Positions 1-8,700 of a stretch of DNA of 13,923 nucleotides are shown here, piece by piece. Under the pieces are notes generated by a model. It was not told where the DNA came from. It made no database searches and saw only the letters and a list, made by a program, of their open reading frames with translations. The DNA is from Calditrichia bacterium (GTDB taxonomy: Bacteria; Calditrichota; Calditrichia; RBG-13-44-9). The position numbers were made by a program, and so were the translations under genes. Where the stretch lies: positions 47,391 to 61,313 of the forward strand of contig JARRQT010000006.1 of the NCBI GenBank assembly GCA_037381445.1. Reading direction: 5' to 3'. Within the stretch, counting starts at the first letter, position 1; each line of letters opens with the position of its first letter.

Positions 1-2694
1 CCCCCCGCGTTAAATTTACCGACCGATAAGCCCAGACCAGCAGTTCAGTCTTATGACGGTTCATCCTTTTCTTTCTCCATTAATACAAGAATCAGTCAGA
101 AATTAAAAGAGCTGGCTATCCGGCAGGAAACCACGCTTTATTCAGTTTTAATGGCTGCATTTCAAATTTTTTTATATCACTACACCGGGCAAAACGAAAT
201 TTTAATAGGATCTCCGGCATCGGGCAGAACCCATTCTGAATTTGATAGGATTATCGGGTATTTTGTTAATACCATTGTAATCCGGAGTGATTATTTTTCG
301 GGCAACCCTTCTTTTCTTAAATACCTGGAAAAGACCAGTCAGTCCATTCGCGATGCTCTTTCGCATCAGGATTATCCTTTCCCCTTGCTGGTTGAAAAAC
401 TTCAGCCCAATCGGGATATGAGCCGCTCACCTTTTTTTGATGTGATGTTTGTGCTTGAGAAGCCGCATCTGTTATCGGATAAAAATCTGGCAGCCTTTGT
501 ACTGGGGGAAAATGGCGCCAGAACGCACTTGGGCGGATTGAATCTGGAATCCTATCCACTTGAGCAGAAAATTTCCCAATTCGATCTCACCCTCATGATG
601 GTGCAATCCGATGGTGCAATCTCTGCATCGTTCCAGTACAATACGGATCTCTTTGAATCTTCCACAATTGTCCGAATGGCGGAGCATTTCAAGAATCTAT
701 TGGAAAGCATTGTCCTTGCGCCAAATGAAAAAATCGACCGGCTGACTCTGCTGTCCGGAGAGGAAAGACAAAAGATTGAAAGTGTGTGGAGCCAAGGTCC
801 TTCCGGACAGCTTTCGCAGAGCTGCATCCATAAAATTTTCGAAGAACAGGCAAAACTGACGCCGGATAATATTGCTCTGCTTTTTGAACAGCAGGAGCTG
901 ACTTATCGGGAACTGAATAATCAGGCAAACCGCATTGCCATGACTTTGAGGAAACATGGGATTAGGCCGGAGATGCGCGTCGGCATCCATACCCATCGCA
1001 GTCCGGAAATGATTGCTGCTATTCTGGCGATTATGAAAGCGGGAGGAGTCTACGTGCCCCTCGATTCGGCTTATCCGGAAGATCGCCTGAAATATATGAT
1101 CGAAGATGCGAATATTTCTGTCATAATCACTCAGCGATCTCTTCAGAATATCCAATCCTATGAATCACAAATGATATTTATAGATGAGGAGATAAGCTCC
1201 TCGGTCCACCAACAATATGATAATCCCGAGATAAATATTTATCCCGAAAATCTGGCATATGCGATTTATACTTCCGGTTCCACCGGGTTGCCCAAGGGCG
1301 TGCTGGTTTCGCATCGCGCTATCGCCAATCATTGCCTGAAAATGAAAGATTATTATCAATACAGTGCAGAAGACCGCATACTCCAGTTTGCTTCACTCAA
1401 TTTTGATGCCTCGCTTGAACAGATTCTGACGCCCCTTATATCCGGCGCCTCCGTCTTATTAAGGGATGATGAGATTTGGCCCGTCTCCGATGTCTATCAA
1501 AAAATTGTGCAATCCGGTTTGACCATCATCAATGTTCCTCCGGCTTACTGGCAGCAGCTCACTGAAGCTTGGGCGCAGGAGTGGGAGAGACTTCCTTCTA
1601 ATCCCCTGCGTATGGTGATTATTGGCGGTGACGTGATGCCGATGGAGACGCTGGCACTGTGGCAAAAAATGATGAACAGCTCAATTCGGCTCATCAATGC
1701 CTATGGCCCCACCGAGGCAACCATTACCTCTCTGGCATTTGATGTACCCCAGGGATTTGGTCAATCCACGCTTCGTCCGCGTATCCCGATCGGCAGACCA
1801 TGTCCGGATCGCAAAGTTTTTATTTTGAACAAGGCAGGCGAAGCTGTGCCGACCGGAGTATTCGGGGAATTGCACATTGGCGGCATTTGTCTTGCTCGGG
1901 GATATTTGAATCGCCCTGATCTGACCGCAGAGAAATTCATTCCCAACCCTTTTTGCGATACACCCGGCCAGCTGTTGTATAAAACAGGCGATATGGCCCG
2001 GTTCCTTCCCGATGGAAACGTTGAATTCGGCGGGCGGATTGATCAACAGGTGAAAATTCGGGGTATTCGGATAGAACCCGGAGAGGTGGAATTTGCGCTT
2101 CGGAAATATCCGGGAATCCGCGATGCAGCTGTGACGGTTTGGGAAGAAATGCCGGGCGATTTCAGGCTTGCTGCTTATGTGGTAAATAAAAACAGTAAAA
2201 CAGCGGACATCGCAGACATTCGTTCGTTTTTGAAGAAAAAGCTGCCCGAGTATATGATCCCTGCCGATTTCATGGTTTTGGATGCATTGCCGGTAAATCC
2301 GGCTGGCAAGGTGGATCGAAAAGCGCTGCCGAAGCCTGAAAAAGACATGTCGAATTTGGCGAAATCCTATATTCCTCCCCGGAATCCCATGGAAGAAAAA
2401 ATTGCGGGTATTGTGAGCGATGTCCTTGGTATTGAAAGAGTCGGGGTACACCATAACTTTTTTGAACTGGGTGGACATTCATTGTTGGCGACAAAAGTTA
2501 TTTCCCGGATTCGGGAGCATTTTCAGGTTGATATACCATTAGTAAAATTATTTGAAGAACCCACGGTGGCAGGTCTTTCAAATGCAATTACCTGCAGTCA
2601 GGCAGAAATGCTCGGATCTGAAAAGGCAATTCAAATACTTATGGAAATAGAAAATTTATCTGATGAAGAAGTTCGAAAATTACTGGGAAATTAA
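1..2694 (+). CDS. NRPS subunit 1, 5'-truncated: (C, C-terminal half)-A-T plus C-terminal docking tail
   Basis: Frame +1 is open from base 1 (PPALNLPTDKPRPAVQSYDG..., mid C domain), so the ATG at 151 is internal and the true start lies upstream. Motifs: C IGYFVNT, HQDYPFPLLV, QFDL; A LTYRELN, YTSGSTGLPKG, FDAS, NAYGPTE, GELHIGG, YKTGD, QVKIRGIRIE, AGKVDRKAL; T FFELGGHSL (Ser codon 2479-2481). Stop TAA at 2692-2694. Confidence 0.97.
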   Translation, partial: PPALNLPTDKPRPAVQSYDGSSFSFSINTRISQKLKELAIRQETTLYSVLMAAFQIFLYHYTGQNEILIGSPASGRTHSEFDRIIGYFVNTIVIRSDYFSGNPSFLKYLEKTSQSIRDALSHQDYPFPLLVEKLQPNRDMSRSPFFDVMFVLEKPHLLSDKNLAAFVLGENGARTHLGGLNLESYPLEQKISQFDLTLMMVQSDGAISASFQYNTDLFESSTIVRMAEHFKNLLESIVLAPNEKIDRLTLLSGEERQKIESVWSQGPSGQLSQSCIHKIFEEQAKLTPDNIALLFEQQELTYRELNNQANRIAMTLRKHGIRPEMRVGIHTHRSPEMIAAILAIMKAGGVYVPLDSAYPEDRLKYMIEDANISVIITQRSLQNIQSYESQMIFIDEEISSSVHQQYDNPEINIYPENLAYAIYTSGSTGLPKGVLVSHRAIANHCLKMKDYYQYSAEDRILQFASLNFDASLEQILTPLISGASVLLRDDEIWPVSDVYQKIVQSGLTIINVPPAYWQQLTEAWAQEWERLPSNPLRMVIIGGDVMPMETLALWQKMMNSSIRLINAYGPTEATITSLAFDVPQGFGQSTLRPRIPIGRPCPDRKVFILNKAGEAVPTGVFGELHIGGICLARGYLNRPDLTAEKFIPNPFCDTPGQLLYKTGDMARFLPDGNVEFGGRIDQQVKIRGIRIEPGEVEFALRKYPGIRDAAVTVWEEMPGDFRLAAYVVNKNSKTADIADIRSFLKKKLPEYMIPADFMVLDALPVNPAGKVDRKALPKPEKDMSNLAKSYIPPRNPMEEKIAGIVSDVLGIERVGVHHNFFELGGHSLLATKVISRIREHFQVDIPLVKLFEEPTVAGLSNAITCSQAEMLGSEKAIQILMEIENLSDEEVRKLLGN
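826..2331 (+). other. Adenylation domain A1; code DAENIGAITK; predicted basic amino acid (Arg > Lys/Orn)
   Basis: Manual alignment to GrsA-PheA positions 235/236/239/278/299/301/322/330/331/517 using FDASLE, IINVPP, VIIGGD, NAYGPTEATIT. Acidic E239 at the pocket bottom is typical of basic substrates. Confidence refers to the substrate call; the domain itself is unambiguous. Confidence 0.7.
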
Positions 2695-2717
2695 AATTTA
2701 ACACATTTTACAATACC

Positions 2718-5700
2718 ATGGATGATATTCAAAAAAGGCTAGAAAATCTTTCGCCTGAGAAACTTGCCTTTCTCATGAAAAAGCTGAAGGAAAGCGGATC
2801 AGCAGAGAATATAAAAAGTATCATTTCCCGGCGGCATAATACCGATACTTATCCCATGTCCTTCGCTCAAAAACGACTGTGGTTTATGAGTCAGCTCGAG
2901 CCAGAAAGCTCATTTTATAATATTTCTGCTGCCATTCGTCTGGTCGGACCGCTGAATATCTCCGCTCTGAAAAACACTCTCAATGATATTATCCGAAGAC
3001 ACGAAATGCTCCGGGCCCGATTTGTGCTGATCAAGGGCGAACCAGTTCAAAAAATAGTCCCATCCCTTGAGATTGAAATACCGGTAACAGATATAACCGG
3101 GTTGCTTTCTGAGCAGCTGAATGAAAAAATTCAGAGCTTGGCAGTTGAGGAGGCAAGGCGGCCCTTCAAACTTGACAAAGATCCGCTTCTGCGGGTTTCA
3201 TTGCTGAAGGCCAATGATTCCGATTATGTATTGCTCATCACCATGCATCATATCATTGCCGATGGCTGGTCGGTTGGTGTTTTCCTCAGGGAGTTCTCTG
3301 AATTATATACTGCCTATGTGAAAAAACGAAAGGCTGTTCTGCCGGAAATATTCATACAGTATGCGGATTATGCGCAGTGGCAAATCAGTCTTTTGGATAG
3401 CGAGCACATCAGGAAGCAACTGGCTTACTGGACCAAACAGCTTAAGGGTATGCCGCCAATACTGGAATTGCCAACTGACAGACAGCGGCCCGCCATCCAG
3501 AAATATGAAGGTGCACATTATTCATTCAAACTTGTACGAGTTCTGTCTGATTCAATCCGTTCTTTCTGCAAAGAACGTGGTGTCAGCCTGTTTGTATTTT
3601 TCCTGACGGTACTGAAGGTATTGTTATACCGCTATTCACACCAGACCGATTTTGGTGTGGGAATTCCGTTGGCAAACAGACAAAGATCGCTGGTTGAAAA
3701 TATAATCGGCTTTTTTGTAAATACAGGAGTTATTCGATCGAATTTCCGGGAGAACATTCAATTTTCCGAGCTTTTAAAACGAGTTAAAGCAAGCGTAATG
3801 GAAGCATATGATAATCAGGATCCGCCTTTTGATAAGCTCGTGGATATTTTGGTTCCCGAACGTGAACTGAGTCATACCCCTTTGTACCAGGTCATGTTCG
3901 ATATGCAAAAAAGTGCAATGGATTCCTTCCATCTTCCTGATCTTTCAACAGATCTTCTCGAAGTGGAAAGGGGAACCGCGAAAACGGATTTGATTCTGAC
4001 CATGGAAGACAGTGCGGGAGAACTTGGCGGAACCTTTGAATTCAATACAGATTTGTTCGATCATGACACAATTCATAGAATGGCAGGGCATTATCGTGCC
4101 CTGGTTTTTGAATCCGTTTCCAGGCCAAATGCGCAAATAAAGCAATTATGTATCTTAACGGAACCGGAAAAAAGAAAGATTATCAAAGACTGGAACACCG
4201 GAACCTCAGAGGTTTTTGAGGAAGTCTGTATCCATCATGTTTTTGAAAGTCAGGCAAAGAAGCAGCCAAATGCTGTTGCCCTGCTTGAAGATAACCGTCG
4301 ATTAACTTACGGAGAGTTGAATAAGCTTGCCAACCAATATGCAGGTTATTTGCGGGATTTGGGAGTCGGACCGGAAGTATTAGTGGGTATTTGCATGAAG
4401 CGATCAGTGGAAGCGATTGCTGCAATTCTGGCGGTTTTAAAAGCCGGGGGTGCCTATGTGCCAGTCGATCCGGAAAATCCCAGGGATCGTCTAAAATATA
4501 TTTTTGAAGATGCAGGATTAAAAATATTGTTGACTTGGAGCGATATCCAGGAAAATCTGCCGGAATGCGGGATAAATATGATATGTCTCGATAGAGCTTT
4601 AGATTTAATTTCACACTATTCGACAACGGATAGTCAAAATCAAGTTTCTCCATCCAATTTGGCATATGTTATATATACTTCAGGCTCTACGGGAAGGCCA
4701 AAAGGAACCATGCTTCAGCATCAGGGAGTATGGAACCTTTGCAAAGCCATAAGAAGAGATTTCGCGCTGGGCCCGGGACGTGTGGTTCTTCAATTCTTCA
4801 GTATAGGATTTGACGGGTCTGTAGCAGACATTTTTGGTGCAATATTAAATGGCGGCAGCCTGTATCTTCCTGAACAAACGAGGATGCTTTCTACGGAAGA
4901 ATGGGTCAGCATTATCTCTGATTTTAATATTGCACACTTTTTATTGCCTCCCTCCTTTTTATCTGGCTTGCCTGAGAAGGATATAGCTGGTCCAAAAACA
5001 TTTATTTCCGGAGCCGATCTGTGCACATGGGATCTTGCCAACAGATGGTCACAATATCATAATTTTGCCAATGCTTATGGGCCAACTGAAGCAACGGTTG
5101 CTTCTTCCTGGCATGCAGTAAAGTCGCAATCCGCCAAATCGGGTTCAGTTCCTATCGGACGGCCCATTGATAATGTAAAATTTTATATTCTGGACAGAAA
5201 TTTGAATCCCGTTCCGATTGGTGTGAGCGGCGAACTGTATATTGCCGGAGTCAACCTGGCCCGGGGGTATTTGCACCGACCGGATTTAACGGCGGAAAAA
5301 TTTATTCCCAATCCGTTTGACCATCAAAGTGGGAGCCGTCTTTATAAAACTGGTGATTTGGTTCGCTACTTGCCGGATGGCAATGTAGAGTTTCTTGGCC
5401 GTATTGATTATCAGGTGAAAGTTCGTGGATTCAGAATTGAAATCGGTGAAATTGAGGTTGTACTAAATCAGCACCCCAAGATTAAAGAAGCTCTGATCCT
5501 GGCACAGGAAGATACTCCGGGGAATAAACGATTGGTCGCATATATTATTTCCGCCGAAAAACCAGATCCTTCTGTAAGCAAATTGCGATCATTTCTAAAA
5601 GAAAAACTGCCCGAATATATGATACCGTCTGCATTTGTTTTTCTTGAAAAGTTCCCTTTGAATCCTAACGGAAAAATCAATCGCAAAGCCCTGCCGCTGC

Positions 5701-8700
5701 CTGAGTTGATCCGACCCAATTTATCCAAAGAGTTCGTTCCTCCAGGCACAGAGACGGAAAATGCCCTGGCAAAAATATGGCAGGAAGTCCTGGGCATCGA
5801 AAAGGTCGGGATCTATGACAATTTCTTTGAATTGGGTGGTGATTCCGTGCAGGCGGCGATTGTAAGTAATAGAATTCAGGAACTGCTTGGCAAACCATTC
5901 CAGGTAAAGACCATATTTTTAACCGACAATATTGCTCAACTGGCATCTTATATAGCGGAACATTCCAGCGATCAAATAGACGGAAAGCCAGGACAGAAAG
6001 ATGAAATTGCGATTCGGCCGATTTCAAGGGATCGCCGGTTGCCGCTTTCGTTCGCCCAGCAAAGAATCTGGTTTCTTGATCAATTGGAGCCGGGAAGTCC
6101 TCTTTATAACATTCCCCTTTCAGTGCGAATCCATGGCAGATTAAACGTTGCCATTTTGGAAAAGACAATTAATGAAATAATACGCAGACATGAATCGTTG
6201 CGCACCAAATTTGTTAATATTGATGGAGAAGCATTTCAGGAGATATTACCAACTTTTCGGATTAGATTGCCCATCATTGATCTGAGTCGTCTTTCCCCCA
6301 AAAAAAGCGAATCTGAAGCCCGGCAAATTGTCGACCAGGAAGCCCGATACGCATTCAACTTGTCGCAGGGATCACTCATCCGTTGCTGCTTATTAAAATT
6401 GGGTGAGGATGATTTCATTTTGACAATAAATATGCATCATATCATCTCTGATGGCTGGTCGATGCGCATATTGATTAATGAAATGATACAAATTTATAAA
6501 GCCTTTGCCAGAGGGCAAAATTCACCATTGGCTCTGCCTGATATTCAATACGCAGACTATGCTTGTTGGCAACGAGAATGGCTGACCGAAAAGGTTTTGG
6601 AGAATCAGATCAACTATTGGAAGCGGCAACTATCAGATATTCCTCCAGTTCTTGAATTACCAACAGATTATCCAAGATCGGCCGAGCAGAGTCACAAAGG
6701 GAAGCGGATATCTTTTAATATTCAACAGAATTTATATGACAAAATAACAGAACTCTGCAGGTCTGAAAATATTACTCCATACATTTTCCTTTTGTCTGCA
6801 TTTCAAACATTACTATTTCGGTATGCCGGCCAGAGCGACATCAGCATAGGAACACCTGTTGCCGGCCGCAATCGGAAGGAACTTGAAGATTTGATAGGAT
6901 TCTTTGTGAATACCGTTGTGATTCGTGCAGATTTGTCCGATAATCCGACTTTCCGTCAGCTTTTGCAACGTACCCGTAAGATTACTATGGAGGCGCATGA
7001 AAACCAGGATGTGCAATTTGAAAAGCTAGTTGATCTTCTTGTTACCTCCCGCGATATGAGCCATACCCCCTTATTTCAGGTAATGCTATCGTATGATAAG
7101 TTTCCGTTTGATGTTATTGATCTGGAAGGGTTGGAATTTAGACCTTTCCAGGTTACCACCGGGACTTCCAAATTTGACCTTCTTCTGGAAATTTACGAAC
7201 ATGAAAAAAGATTCGATGCCATTTTTGAATACAATTCCACAATTTTTGAACAATCTACTATTGAAAGGATGATATCTCATTTTAAAAATCTTTTGTCGGC
7301 TATCGTATCCGATCCGGATAATCATTTGCCACTATTTTCTATTTTGGATAAAACTGAAGAAAATCAAATTATACATGAATGGAATATTGGTTCTGATGAA
7401 AGACCTGGAAGCAATTTTGGCGAATTGTTTGAAAAACAGGCTGCAAAGACGCCGCATCTTGTTGCTTTGGCAGGTGAGAACCGCCAATTCAGCTACAGCG
7501 AACTCAATCGCAAAGTGAACCAGCTCTCACATTGGCTGCGGCGGAAGGGAGTCCGTCCGGAAATGCTGATCGGTGTATTCATGGATAGAATTCCTGAGAT
7601 GATAATTGCCATTTTAGGGATATTAAAGGCAGGAGGTGCCTACGTACCTTTAAGTCCCAGCTATCCACAGGAACGCTTATCATTCATTTTGCATGATGCG
7701 CAGATACCCGTTATTTTGACTCAAAACGACCTGCTGCCATCTCTTCCGGAAGACATATCACGATTTTTCTGCCTGGATACCGGCTGGTCTGAAATTGCAG
7801 AAGAATCTGAAAAGAATCCAACTCCCCGGGCTCTTCCCCAGAATACAGCTTATGTAATTTATACTTCAGGATCTACCGGACAGCCCAAAGGGGTGGCAAT
7901 CCAACATGATTCAATGATTCATTTATGGAATGCTCTCGATTATCAAATCTATTCCAAATACGCCAAAGGTAAATGTTGTGTCAGCCTGAACGCTCCCATT
8001 TCGTTCGATGCCTCCGTTCAGCAGTTGGTTTCACTCTTGGGCGGCCACACACTGCACATCCTCCCGGAGGAAGTGCGAATAAACGGAGAAAAACTTGCCA
8101 ATTTTATCCGCGAATGTCGTATGGATGTCCTGGATTGTGTGCCTTCCCAGCTAAAATTGTTGACGGGAGCAGGACTTTTTGGGAATGAAAAATGGCAGCC
8201 TTCGATATGTTTGCCCGGAGGGGAGGCCATTGATAAAACCATGTGGAAAGAGTTGATTTCTGAGGAAGGTACAGATTTCTTTAATATGTACGGCCCTACG
8301 GAATGCACTGTTGATACCACCATTTGCCACATCCGGCAAAAAGAGAATCCCGTTATCGGCAAGCCCATAAGAAATTCTCAGGTTTATCTGCTGGACAATT
8401 ACATGCAGCTTGTTCCCATTGGGGTGATTGGAGAAATCTATATTGGCGGATTCGGATTGGGACGGGGATACTGGAATCGTCCGGATTTAACCGCCGAACG
8501 ATTTGTTCCAAATCCGTTTAGAAAAAAACCGGGCGAGCGCCTTTATCGTTCGGGCGACTTAGGTCGCTGGCTTCCCGATGGAAGTATCGAGTTTCTTGGA
8601 CGTACTGATCATCAGGTAAAATTGCGGGGTTTTCGGATCGAATTGGACGAAATAGAAGAGGCCATGCGTCGTCATCCTTCATTAGCCAATGTAGTAGTAA

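Noticed and set aside
151..153. ATG at 151 as the start of subunit 1
   Set aside because: The frame is open and C-domain-like from base 1 (LNLPTDKPRPAVQS), and the HHxxxDG half of the domain must lie upstream, so this Met is internal.
1681..2478. 265-aa minus-strand ORF, plus the other 60-163 aa minus-strand or out-of-frame ORFs in the track
   Set aside because: All lie wholly within NRPS coding sequence and show no recognisable motifs. Long antisense shadow ORFs are a well-known by-product of A-domain codon patterns.
2707..2712. TTTACA, a -35-like hexamer in the 23-bp spacer
   Set aside because: No matching -10 element at suitable spacing (it would fall inside the coding start), so an internal promoter is not supported. 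No terminator hairpin is visible either.
3717..3840. Non-consensus C-domain residues in module 2 (VNTGVIR, QDPPFDKLV) and in module 3 (QDVQFEKLV) as possible inactivation
   Set aside because: The catalytic HHxxxDG motifs are intact and the reading frame is uninterrupted. Such substitutions are within normal variation and do not support a pseudogene call.
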